This document shows, one piece after another, positions 1 through 9,262 of a stretch of DNA of 64,000 nt (its first letter is position 1; the number at the start of each line of letters is the position of its first letter). The position numbers and the translations under genes are program-made. The DNA lies in assembly GCA_964342405.1 (NCBI GenBank), contig CAYFGX010000033.1:3152-67151 (forward strand), given 5' to 3'. The notes beneath the pieces are model-generated. The model was not told where the DNA came from, searched no databases, and worked only from the letters and a program-made list of their open reading frames with translations. The DNA is from an uncultured Verrucomicrobiota bacterium (GTDB lineage Bacteria; Verrucomicrobiota; Verrucomicrobiia; Limisphaerales; AAA164-E04).

Positions 1-2350
1 CAAGAAACGAGATCCCCCCACCAACCAAAGCCAAACTCCCCAAGACAGCCGCCCATCGTGCCCAAAGAGTTTCCCACCAATACGGTATGATCTGCAATCT
101 GAGTCGCGCTGATTCGGGATTCCATTCTCCGGATTGCAAAGCAGCTGTTACTTCGAGATCATATTCTCCTGGATCCAATTCTAGAAATGAGATCGAATGC
201 GAATTTCCCAAGAAATTCCAATTCGTATCCATCCGGTCGACCCGATACTGGAAAACCACTTTTTCCGGAGCGGACAATCCGACACCTGAAAACCGCACAA
301 CAATTTTCCGGCTGCCCGGCGGACAACTCGCGACGATTTCATCTCGCTCTTTGATCAGCGGCACCTCGTCCCCATCCACCGTGACCGATCGAATTGAAAC
401 GGGCGGATACCATTCAAAGGACGAATCCAATTGCTCCAAGGCCACCATAACAATCCCTCCCTTTTGCGGGAAATAGAGCTTACCCAATTCGCTAACGAGA
501 ATGGAGGGATGAAAACGATCCTGTCCCTCCAACGACACGAGACCATCTTCCTTCCCATAGTTCTCACGCCTTAACAGACCGCCTCGCTCTCCACCAAAAC
601 TGAGTTCAAGATCCGCCCACGGGATTCGCGTGATCCCTCGACTCGTGGACAACCACAATGAACCGATTCCATCATTCGCTAATCCGGCCACATAAGGGTC
701 GAGAGAAGCATCCTGGGAATGGATCCGTTCGAACGATTCTCCGTTCACACGCAAAACTCCTGCTCCTCTGGAGCCCAAAATAACCCGCCCCTCATCATCC
801 CGACACATGGCCATGATTGAGTTGTCCGGCAACCCATTCTCAACTGTGAACTGAGTCAGCTCCCCATCAAGCCATCGATACAGCCCCTGTCCCATTGTTC
901 CTAGCCACAGAGCACCTTCCCGATCTTCCGCCATGCAACGAACGCCATCGAGATTATTTCGTATGTAGTCTGGCTCTTGATGCGGGTTTCGATTGTCTAA
1001 ACGAAGCACCTGCTCTTCTGTTGCGACCCAGAGTTGCCCGTCAGAATTTTCGAAGAGACTGACAATCGAGTCGCTTTCAAACCCCACAGCCTGTTCAAAG
1101 GAAAAGCCGTCAGCGTTTGTTCTGTTGGGATAGATGACGTGAAGGCCTCGGTCCCGAGTTCCCGCCCAAACGTTACCCACTGAATCGGCAAGCACCACGT
1201 TTACATCGGGCTTGTCAGCACCAAAAACCGAACGAAACGCGGTCCCATCCCAGTGAATCAAACCGTCGCCCTCTGTTGCCATCCAAAGATCATGGGTTCG
1301 ATCCTCCACGATGCTATTCACTCGCAAGTCGCCCGTTCTCGCAGGCAAATCGAACTCATCGAAGAGCCGAGCGCGGATTCGAACTAATCCCGCATCTTCC
1401 GTTCCAGCCCAGAGGTTCCCTTCTTGGTCTTCAAAGAGGGCTCGAACAAAATTACTCGGCAGGCCTTCCTCCTTGTTCAAGACCGCGGGTGTTGCATTCG
1501 GGCTAATCCCTCGCAGTCCGTTTCCCTGTGAGCCGACCCAAAGCATCCCATCACGAGTCTCCAGCAACGCAGTGATGTTTGAGTTATCACCCCAGGGGTA
1601 CTCACCCCGATTCTCCACCAAGACCCCTTCGGCGTAACGCCGGAGCTGCATATCCGCAGCGGTCCAGAATCCGCTTTCGGCAGCATCGCCAATCGCCCAA
1701 AGCCAGGCACGGTTCTCAGATGTGTCCACGTTGAGCTCCGGCAGAATTCGGATCAATCCGTTCGGAGCCCAGACAATCAACTCCGTATGGAGCCCTGCCA
1801 CTAGCTGGCCCATCGAATCAAAATAGATCTGAATGCCGGGAGAAAACTCGCGTTTGACCTCAAACCATTCCCGCCCACGGCGGATGACACTCGGTTCATG
1901 CGGAAACAATTCTATGATGGCTCCCCCTCCTGTCGCTCCAATGACCAAGCCATCCTGGTTCACAGCAATCTTCCGAATTCGAACCTCTTCTCCACGGATC
2001 GAAGCCAGACTGCGCTCGTGAAACTGAGAGCCATCGAAAAATCCCACCTTTCCGGATTGGTCGACAAACCAAACCTGGTCGTTCGGGCCAACCTTCACCG
2101 ACACGATATCGCTGTTTCCCAATTCGGGATGATTCGCGTGGGTGAAGGTTTCAAAAACAAAGCCGTCATAAACACACAGCCCGCGAGAGGTTGCGAGCCA
2201 GAGCCGGCCGTCAGAGGTCTGATCCATCGAACTGACCTGGGAACTTGGGAGGCCTTCATCCACGCCCCAGGACCGGATGCTGTAGCCAGGAACAGCCCGC
2301 AGGTCGAACAGGGCCAAGAGCGAAAGAAGGACGACGGCAATCCGGTTCAT
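1..2350 (-). CDS. Two-component regulator propeller (Reg_prop/Y_Y_Y-type) membrane sensor, probably a histidine kinase; 3' end lies outside the window
   Basis: Not in the ORF track because it has no stop in the window. ATG at 2350 overlaps the upstream TGA (ATGA). It reads MNRIAVVLLSLLALFDLRAVPGYSIRSWGVDEGLPSSQVSSMDQTSDGRLWLATSRGLCVYDG, a signal peptide plus a classic propeller repeat. The same frame at 2-85 gives PYWWETLWARWAAVLGSLALVGGGISFL, the typical post-Y_Y_Y TM helix. The output domain is not visible. Confidence 0.85.
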   Translation of the reverse strand, partial: MNRIAVVLLSLLALFDLRAVPGYSIRSWGVDEGLPSSQVSSMDQTSDGRLWLATSRGLCVYDGFVFETFTHANHPELGNSDIVSVKVGPNDQVWFVDQSGKVGFFDGSQFHERSLASIRGEEVRIRKIAVNQDGLVIGATGGGAIIELFPHEPSVIRRGREWFEVKREFSPGIQIYFDSMGQLVAGLHTELIVWAPNGLIRILPELNVDTSENRAWLWAIGDAAESGFWTAADMQLRRYAEGVLVENRGEYPWGDNSNITALLETRDGMLWVGSQGNGLRGISPNATPAVLNKEEGLPSNFVRALFEDQEGNLWAGTEDAGLVRIRARLFDEFDLPARTGDLRVNSIVEDRTHDLWMATEGDGLIHWDGTAFRSVFGADKPDVNVVLADSVGNVWAGTRDRGLHVIYPNRTNADGFSFEQAVGFESDSIVSLFENSDGQLWVATEEQVLRLDNRNPHQEPDYIRNNLDGVRCMAEDREGALWLGTMGQGLYRWLDGELTQFTVENGLPDNSIMAMCRDDEGRVILGSRGAGVLRVNGESFERIHSQDASLDPYVAGLANDGIGSLWLSTSRGITRIPWADLELSFGGERGGLLRRENYGKEDGLVSLEGQDRFHPSILVSELGKLYFPQKGGIVMVALEQLDSSFEWYPPVSIRSVTVDGDEVPLIKERDEIVASCPPGSRKIVVRFSGVGLSAPEKVVFQYRVDRMDTNWNFLGNSHSISFLELDPGEYDLEVTAALQSGEWNPESARLRLQIIPYWWETLWARWAAVLGSLALVGGGISFL

Positions 2351-3192
2351 CTACCCTCCGAAAGCGCTAGATCTTCTAAGACGCAACGGAAGCCATAGCA
2401 ATCCACTTGGGCATCTGGCAAATGGGCATGTCGTTCCGTCGCGAGATGGTTGCGATAGGTCTCCGTCCGCCAAGATGCGCCCCTCAAGACTCGAAAAACC
2501 TGGTTCTCATCATACCAGTCCTCACACCATTCCCAAACATTCCCACCCACATCGTATAAACCGACCGGCGTTGGCTCAAAGGATCCCACGGGAGCGGTCT
2601 CTGGGAATGAGTCCACACCAAGATCCGGCCCATAATTCCCGACGCCTTTCTTAGGAGGCCACTGCCCCCCCCAAAGGTGAACCCCGTCATGTTGTTCATC
2701 CAACTCCCTGGGCGAACCATCAGCCTCCTCAATAATCCCTAAGAAGCTTGTCCATTCTTGATCTGTCGGGAGTCTATAGAAAGCTGACCGGGGAATGACA
2801 CCGCGTCGCCGTTCTCGTTCCGTCAGCCACTGACAAAACTCCTTTGCTTCCTGCCAACTCACGCCCACCACCGGATGCTCACCTGTCTGCGCGAACCCTG
2901 CGGTCTTCTTCGGAAGAAAGCGGCTCTTCGTGTAGGCCTCATAATCTTTCACCCGCGTTTCCCAGCAGGCGAACTTCACCCCCGCCTTGAGTCCAACGAC
3001 GAAAGACATCTCCAAGCTGTTGGTCCATGAAGTTAGCGGCGGAATCTCAATCGGATCCAGATGCGGCAACGCATCCAGACTGCGGTTGAGCAGGAGGAGT
3101 CCCGCTAACATCATCCCGTAAACCCAATGATGGCGACTGCAATTCAAAACAGACAGGACACTACGGAAAATTTCGCGCCTCATCGAGCGCAA
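2347..3192 (-). CDS. Formylglycine-generating enzyme (SUMF1/FGE-sulfatase) domain protein, non-catalytic type
   Basis: Motifs HPVVGVSWQEAKEFCQWL, YRLPTDQEW, PVGSF, GLYDVGGNVWEWCEDWY, RVLRGASW, YGFRCV. Start may be 3183 or 3174. Confidence 0.9.
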   Translation of the reverse strand: MRSMRREIFRSVLSVLNCSRHHWVYGMMLAGLLLLNRSLDALPHLDPIEIPPLTSWTNSLEMSFVVGLKAGVKFACWETRVKDYEAYTKSRFLPKKTAGFAQTGEHPVVGVSWQEAKEFCQWLTERERRRGVIPRSAFYRLPTDQEWTSFLGIIEEADGSPRELDEQHDGVHLWGGQWPPKKGVGNYGPDLGVDSFPETAPVGSFEPTPVGLYDVGGNVWEWCEDWYDENQVFRVLRGASWRTETYRNHLATERHAHLPDAQVDCYGFRCVLEDLALSEGR

Positions 3193-3217
3193 AGGCGCCC
3201 GATCAGCCCCAAGATAG

Positions 3218-3248
3218 AAAAAGCCGCCCCCGAATACGGAAGCGGCTT
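3218..3248 (-). terminator. Rho-independent terminator after the 3283..3987 gene
   Basis: Minus strand AAGCCGC...GCGGCTT stem followed by TTT (T5 run), 35 nt after the stop. Confidence 0.7.
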
Positions 3249-3282
3249 AACGTAAAACAACTTTCTAGCTCGTCGCTAAGAA

Positions 3283-3987
3283 TTACTTGGTCGCTTTCCA
3301 GCTCCCGGAACCAAGCTCGGTGTCACTGCTGTCAAAATACGTCCACTCTCCGGAGAGCTTCTTCGGGCCCATCTGAACGGCTGCCACTTTGACGGTCCCT
3401 TCGCCAAAGGCGAACTCGAAACTCAACTTATTCTGCTTCACCTTAACCGACTCGAGGTCGGCGCTTCCAGAGTCGCCAACGACGGCCCCGGTGAATACGC
3501 GCCCGGACTTACTGATTTCAATCTCGTGTTCATTCGGACCATTGTCCGTTTCGGCCACGACATTCCAGCGTCCGGCGATCACTTTACTCAAGACCCGAAC
3601 GGCACTCCATTCACCACTATAAAGCTCCGAGCCAGAATCATCGTTAGCATACCAGTTCCCCTTCAACTCACCCTTAGCGTTTAGCTTTGCCTTGATGCCC
3701 AAGACGCCAACCTGGCCGTTCTGATCAAAATCTAGCTCACCCACCAAGCTTTTCCCATCAAACTTGATCCGATCCAAGTCGCGTTCAACACCCTGATCAT
3801 TAACCGATGTTGCCACCAGTTTGCCTTCCTTCTTGGAAATCGTCATCGTGGACTCTGAGGACTCCCCGTTAGGGCCAACGCCTACTCCAAGCCAAGCGCC
3901 GGTTACATCCGGTTTATGGTGGTCGGCGGAAACACTTGCTGCTACCAAAATGGAACAGATACCAATCCAAAATCGTTGCTTAGTCAT
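3283..3987 (-). CDS. Secreted hypothetical protein with two tandem beta-rich repeats
   Basis: Signal peptide MTKQRFWIGICSILVAASVSA. Repeats DVTGAW...LKGNWY...SGEWSAVR and VIAGRW...LSGEWTY...SGSWKATK. Confidence 0.8.
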   Translation of the reverse strand: MTKQRFWIGICSILVAASVSADHHKPDVTGAWLGVGVGPNGESSESTMTISKKEGKLVATSVNDQGVERDLDRIKFDGKSLVGELDFDQNGQVGVLGIKAKLNAKGELKGNWYANDDSGSELYSGEWSAVRVLSKVIAGRWNVVAETDNGPNEHEIEISKSGRVFTGAVVGDSGSADLESVKVKQNKLSFEFAFGEGTVKVAAVQMGPKKLSGEWTYFDSSDTELGSGSWKATK

Positions 3988-4189
3988 CGCAATCTCTTCT
4001 CTACTACGTTTGCTTTCATCACACCTGCGAGACTGGCGCGGATAGCCACGAACCCTCGGGTGATGCCTTCAAAGACAACTCTCAATGAGCTCTTGTTACA
4101 ATCATTAACTTCAGTTTTTCTATCTGGAAAGGCACTCATTCACAGACTTGAACGGGAACACTCCCAGCCTACTCAAAAAAGCACCAAAA

Positions 4190-4744
4190 ATGAAATGGAT
4201 GAATGAACCCGCAGCTTGGCGAGAGTCTCAATCGGGTCTCACAGTCACGTCCAATGGCAAAACAGATTTCTGGCGAGTGACGCACGATGGCGGGATACGC
4301 CACAGCGGACACTTCTATAGCAGACCCATCTCTGGAGACTTTCGTCTCAGAGCGACATTCTACGGAAGCTATTCCGATCAATACGACCAATCCGGCATCA
4401 TGGTCGCGGCTAGTGAAACTCATTGGATCAAGTCTGGCATCGAATACGTCGATGGCTTGCGGCGTGCGAGCGCTGTCGTTACAGCCGACTACTCAGACTG
4501 GGCCATATCCGCGGAACCAGTTCCATCGCTGGTGACATTTCAACTTACCCGAAAGCAAGATCTGATTGAGATTTCTTTTGGCGATCCCGCGTCAGAATTG
4601 TGCCTCTTTCGCCAGCTCAGCTTTCCGCACGGGCAAACGCTCCAAGCAGGACTTATGACAGCCTCGCCCACCGGAGCCGGTTTCCGAACAGAGTTTCTCA
4701 ACTGGGAAATCGAAGCCTCGCCCCCTCAAAACACTATTTCTTGA
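4190..4744 (+). CDS. DUF1349 family protein (Ree1-like, concanavalin-like fold)
   Basis: MKWMNEP start, [35 protein letters not shown]...SDW, GLMTASP. ATG 4190 preferred over TTG 4148. Confidence 0.85.
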   Translation: MKWMNEPAAWRESQSGLTVTSNGKTDFWRVTHDGGIRHSGHFYSRPISGDFRLRATFYGSYSDQYDQSGIMVAASETHWIKSGIEYVDGLRRASAVVTADYSDWAISAEPVPSLVTFQLTRKQDLIEISFGDPASELCLFRQLSFPHGQTLQAGLMTASPTGAGFRTEFLNWEIEASPPQNTIS

Positions 4745-6242
4745 GAATCGCAGCTTTCTCACTCCACGGCATCACTCGATCAAAAATCACACCGTAGCGT
4801 TGGTAATTGTGATAGGGCACTGCCTGATTCTTCCAATCAGCCAAACTCTGATCGTAGGCCGCTCGCATTCGTTCGAGGGCCTTTTGATGAATTGAATTTG
4901 TCGCCTCGTTGCGCAATTCCAATCGGTCCTCAGCAAGATGATACAACTCCTCGGTTGGAACGAAGTCTTCTCCTCCATAGTTCCAAAACACATACTTATA
5001 AGCTTTTGAAACGACCGACAAACTATGGACCTGCCTCGGTCCCCAAACGTTGATGAGAGTCAAGTAATCACGCACTTCAGCACCTGGGTTTTCATACAGA
5101 GGCAGCAAACTCTTCCCATCCATCGAAGAAGGGATCTCGAGGCCGGCAAGCTCGAGAATGGTCGGTGCGAAATCGATGTTTCCCGTGAGCGCTTGTGACC
5201 GTTTGCCTGCGTTTCTACCCTTTTGCCGAGGGTCGTACACAATGAGTGGAACCCGGGAAGCCTCTTCGTAAGGAAGCACCTTCGATCCGTATCCGTGGGA
5301 ACCACACAGGAAGCCATTGTCCGAAGTAAAGATCACCACCGTTTCTCCATCCACCCCCGCATCCTTCAGCGCATCCAGAATCATTCCCACAGCCACGTCC
5401 ACCGCGTAAATCTGTTGATGATACAAGGCCATCACCCGATCATAGTCCGATTCATACCCCCATTCTGAGAAGCGGACGAATTGCCTCCCTTGCTGGCTTT
5501 GACGAGCGAAATGCGCCCCATGTTGCCGTCCGTAGTTATCCGGCTTCCTAAACTTCTTACCGCGATACACATGGTCAAACTTTGGATCCGGACTCACTGG
5601 CCTGTGGGGGGCCTTAAAACTGATGGAAAGGCAGAACGGCTTTCCGTCTGCAGCGCTTTCTCGAATAAAATCACGCCCAAATGCACCATAAGAAAGGGTC
5701 GAATGCGGATATTCATCAGCGTAGTCTTTCATCGACGTGTTCTTGGCAGTTTCATAGGAAGTCTGCCCGGGTCCTCCCCCCCATTTATCAAAATCAGCGA
5801 TTGGCAAGATCCCTCGCTTCTTCGGTTGATCAGTTACCTCGAAACCAAACTTGCCGGCGAAGGCAGTCCGATACCCGGAGTTCCGAAGCATCACCGGGTA
5901 AGATCGATCGAAGTGTTCTCTCAAGAGTGGTCCGTGCTCGAAATTGCAGCCGGTCTTATATTCATACATCCCCGTCATGATGCTTGCTCGACTCGCCATA
6001 CAAATCGCCGTCGTGTCATAGTGGTGATCGAACGAGACACCGAGGGACGCCAGTCGATCCATGTTCGGAGTCTGAACATCCTCGTTACCGTAAGAACGAA
6101 TCGAGTAGGACGTTTGATCGTCCGTCAGGAGAAAGACGATATTGGGACGATCAGCGGCCGCGATGACTAAATGGGCACAGACGGCAAGCGATACAGAAAA
6201 GTACGCCTTCCTAGCGGAATGAAGCATTGGATTCAGATTCAT
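4734..6242 (-). CDS. Sulfatase (formylglycine-dependent, S1 family)
   Basis: [23 protein letters not shown] (CxxxR), GKFG, KAPH, FTSDNG..GSHG..SK..PYEE..RVP; N-terminal signal peptide. Confidence 0.93.
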   Translation of the reverse strand: MNLNPMLHSARKAYFSVSLAVCAHLVIAAADRPNIVFLLTDDQTSYSIRSYGNEDVQTPNMDRLASLGVSFDHHYDTTAICMASRASIMTGMYEYKTGCNFEHGPLLREHFDRSYPVMLRNSGYRTAFAGKFGFEVTDQPKKRGILPIADFDKWGGGPGQTSYETAKNTSMKDYADEYPHSTLSYGAFGRDFIRESAADGKPFCLSISFKAPHRPVSPDPKFDHVYRGKKFRKPDNYGRQHGAHFARQSQQGRQFVRFSEWGYESDYDRVMALYHQQIYAVDVAVGMILDALKDAGVDGETVVIFTSDNGFLCGSHGYGSKVLPYEEASRVPLIVYDPRQKGRNAGKRSQALTGNIDFAPTILELAGLEIPSSMDGKSLLPLYENPGAEVRDYLTLINVWGPRQVHSLSVVSKAYKYVFWNYGGEDFVPTEELYHLAEDRLELRNEATNSIHQKALERMRAAYDQSLADWKNQAVPYHNYQRYGVIFDRVMPWSEKAAILKK

Positions 6243-7519
6243 TTTTCCTCAATTCGATAAAGATTGCTTTCCGTACGAATGATCAGAGCGTCGCCAATGA
6301 CTGCCGGCGAAGCAAATATTCGCTCCTTGAAATCGTTGGCAGCCAAGATCTGAAATTCCTCACCGGCTGAAACGACGTACACCATCCCCTCCTCTGTGCT
6401 GATATAGATTCGACCGCCAGCCAACACCGGCGAGGCCGAGACGTTACCTTTAACTCGATCCTGCCAGATAGATTCTCCCGTCAGAGCGTGAACACAGCTC
6501 ACAATCCCTCCGTCAGAAACAAAATAGAGCCGACCGGCGTTAACCAGCATGGAAGGTGTTTTCGGCCCACTTCGACTCGTCTCCCAAGTTACGTGAGAAT
6601 CGGTCACGTTGCCGACACCACCAAGCCGAATGGCCATCACTTTGGGACGCCCAAAACCTGTCGCGACATAGACGTGATCATCTTCATAAACGGGTCGAGG
6701 GACCACCGAATAACCTTGTCCGTAGTCAACCCTCCATAGCTCCGTTCCACTCACGGGATCATAACCGAACACCGCTCCACTCGCGGGACTCACAAGCACC
6801 TTTCGGTAGCTTGTCGTGATTAAGGTCGGCGTACTGAATGAGAACTTTCTCGAGGCTGCTGTTTCTCGCACGCGTTTCCACAAGAGATCTCCGGTATTCG
6901 CATCCAGCGCGACAAGCACGGGATCTTGACTCCCGTCCGCACTGTAGATCAATCGATCTCCAACCAGAATCGGCGAGCCCCCATTGCCATGGACCGGCTT
7001 GTAGGCTAGAGACTCTTGTTTCCAAATCACCTCTCCCTTCGCGGTGACACAGGCAGTGCCAAAGTGACCAAAATGGACATAGATCCGATCTCCTCCGATG
7101 ACGGGCGTTGAACTCGCGTGAGAGTTCTTACTGTGCTTCACACCGTCTTTGGGGAGATCAAACAACTCGCGGTGCCAAAGCATTTTTCCGCTCCCAGAAT
7201 CGAAACAATAGAGTCCAAGACTGCCGTCCGCAGATACTCCCTCGACCGATGATGTTAGATAGATGCGGCCTCCCTTCACCACAGGTGAGGACCAACCACT
7301 TCCGGGAACCGCTTCTCTCCAGACGATATTCTCCTCGCCCCCCCACTTCACCGGAGGATTCCCTTTCGCTAGCCCCAATCCCGCGTTCCCCCGAAATTGA
7401 ATCCAGTCTGAAGATGAAACCTCCGCCCGCAGCACCGCGCTACCAAGCATCATTAACAGACACAGGCAGCAACAGATTTCGCGAACCATTCTCTTCGTGC
7501 TCATTGCAATTCCCATCAT
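6239..7519 (-). CDS. PQQ-binding-like beta-propeller (BamB-like) protein
   Basis: DWIQFRG, GWSSPVV, HASSTPV, repeated G...W..., SASPV, ASPAV; signal peptide; ATGA overlap with the sulfatase. Confidence 0.88.
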   Translation of the reverse strand: MMGIAMSTKRMVREICCCLCLLMMLGSAVLRAEVSSSDWIQFRGNAGLGLAKGNPPVKWGGEENIVWREAVPGSGWSSPVVKGGRIYLTSSVEGVSADGSLGLYCFDSGSGKMLWHRELFDLPKDGVKHSKNSHASSTPVIGGDRIYVHFGHFGTACVTAKGEVIWKQESLAYKPVHGNGGSPILVGDRLIYSADGSQDPVLVALDANTGDLLWKRVRETAASRKFSFSTPTLITTSYRKVLVSPASGAVFGYDPVSGTELWRVDYGQGYSVVPRPVYEDDHVYVATGFGRPKVMAIRLGGVGNVTDSHVTWETSRSGPKTPSMLVNAGRLYFVSDGGIVSCVHALTGESIWQDRVKGNVSASPVLAGGRIYISTEEGMVYVVSAGEEFQILAANDFKERIFASPAVIGDALIIRTESNLYRIEEK

Positions 7520-7654
7520 GAAGTGCTGAGCCTACGCCGTTTTCCCGGTTCTAATCAACCAATCTTCGGAACCGCCACGAGAATCATCCTGACGCATCAC
7601 ATTGAATTGAAAATGAGTTTCCAAGGAGATCAGCCACAGTTAAGCTTTTCGAAA

Positions 7655-9262
7655 ATGAACACGCAACTCACAGGACATTCACTGGTATCCGGCGTTTCCA
7701 TCAACGAAACAGGAACGGTCTTTAATGCGATCAATCCATCGACGGACGAAGCGATGGAGCCGCCTTACCATCAGATCGGGAAAGAAAGCGTCGATGCGGT
7801 CGCCCAAAAGGCTCAGGAAGCATTCGGAACCTACCGCCAGAAATCAGGGGCTGAGAAAGCGGCATTCTTGCGTCAAATCGCAGACAATATTGAGGCTGTC
7901 GTTGAAGATTTAGTGGAGAGAATGCCGGCAGAAACGGCGCTACCAGAACCCCGTGTTCGCGGTGAAGCAGGCCGTACCATGGGACAGCTTCGATTGTTCG
8001 CTTCCTTGATTGAAGAGGGTTCGTGGGTGGATGCCCGAATCGAAACAGCGCTCCCAGATCGACAACCCCTGCCAAAGCCTGATGTTCGTTCCATGCTACA
8101 ACCCATCGGTCCTGTGGTCGTGTTCTGCGCGAGTAATTTCCCTCTGGCATTCTCCGTCGCTGGTGGAGATACGGCAGCGGCCCTTGCTTCGGGTTGCCCC
8201 GTGATTGTAAAGGCCCATCATTCGCATCCCGGGACAGCAGAGATCGTCGGACAAGCCATTCTGAAAGCGGTCGCTTCCTGCGAAATGCCCGAAGGCACTT
8301 TCTCGCTCGTCTACGGATCCGGTCGTGAAGTAGGCACAGCACTCGTGCAGCATCCCGCTGTCAAAGCAGTCGGGTTCACCGGATCTCGAGCAGGCGGCAC
8401 CGCCCTCATGAAGGTGGCTGCCGAGAGAGACGAACCCATACCCGTTTACGCCGAGATGAGTAGCATCAATCCCGTTGTCATTTTACCACAAGCCCTCAAA
8501 GCCAACGGAGAACAGCTTGCCGCCGGATTGCAGGGTTCGGTGACTCTCGGACTCGGACAGTTCTGCACTAATCCTGGCCTCGTCTTTTTACCTGCTGGGG
8601 CTGAAGCCGATGCGTTCGCGCAAACCCTCAAGCAGAGCCTCGCTGACACCGCAGATGGGAACTCGCTGAACGCGGGAATCGCGTCAGCCTACCGAGAGAC
8701 GATCCAACAAATCGCAAAACTCGAGCAGGACGGCGTGACAGTTCACCACAACGCCTCGGGAGATGGAGCCAATGGAAAGTGCCGCGTCGGAACGGCATTG
8801 ACTCAAGTTACGGCCGCCGCCTTCCTGGCTGAGCCTGCCTTGCATCAAGAGGCTTTTGGTCCTTCGACAACACTCGTAACCTATGAGAACGAAGCGGAGC
8901 TCGTTCAGGCGCTCTCGGCTCTGGAAGGTCAATTGACCGGAACCATTCACGGTCAGGAAGCTGAGTTGCAAGAGGCTCAAGCCGTGATTTCAGCGCTTCA
9001 ACAGCGAGTCGGCAGGCTCCTATTCGGAGGCTTTCCAACGGGAGTCGAGGTCTGCCATTCCATGGTGCACGGCGGTCCCTACCCTTCCACCAGCGATGGA
9101 CGGAGCACCTCGGTGGGCACGATGGCGATCCAACGATTCGTGCGCGCTATGTGTTACCAAAGCGCACCTGACAGTCTGCTTCCGCCCGCTCTACAAAATG
9201 CCAACCCTCTCGGGATTTCTCGATTCGTAAATGGCGATCGCAACAATGCCGCAGTCGCTTAA
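7655..9262 (+). CDS. Aldehyde dehydrogenase (NADP+), alpha-ketoglutaric semialdehyde dehydrogenase-like
   Basis: VVFCASNFPLAFSVAGGDTAAALASGCPVIVKAHHSHP, GFTGSRAGG, YAEMSSINP, GQFCTNPG, EAFGP, HGGPYP. Start trimmed to ATG 7655. Confidence 0.92.
   Translation: MNTQLTGHSLVSGVSINETGTVFNAINPSTDEAMEPPYHQIGKESVDAVAQKAQEAFGTYRQKSGAEKAAFLRQIADNIEAVVEDLVERMPAETALPEPRVRGEAGRTMGQLRLFASLIEEGSWVDARIETALPDRQPLPKPDVRSMLQPIGPVVVFCASNFPLAFSVAGGDTAAALASGCPVIVKAHHSHPGTAEIVGQAILKAVASCEMPEGTFSLVYGSGREVGTALVQHPAVKAVGFTGSRAGGTALMKVAAERDEPIPVYAEMSSINPVVILPQALKANGEQLAAGLQGSVTLGLGQFCTNPGLVFLPAGAEADAFAQTLKQSLADTADGNSLNAGIASAYRETIQQIAKLEQDGVTVHHNASGDGANGKCRVGTALTQVTAAAFLAEPALHQEAFGPSTTLVTYENEAELVQALSALEGQLTGTIHGQEAELQEAQAVISALQQRVGRLLFGGFPTGVEVCHSMVHGGPYPSTSDGRSTSVGTMAIQRFVRAMCYQSAPDSLLPPALQNANPLGISRFVNGDRNNAAVA

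Noticed and set aside
1375-1384. tRNA T-loop-like GTTCGAATCC on the minus strand
   Set aside because: Inside the sensor CDS; no acceptor, D or anticodon arms around it.
2347-6242. FGE-like gene as the maturase of the nearby sulfatase
   Set aside because: It lacks the catalytic cysteines after the RGxSW motif and is coupled to the sensor gene, not the sulfatase.
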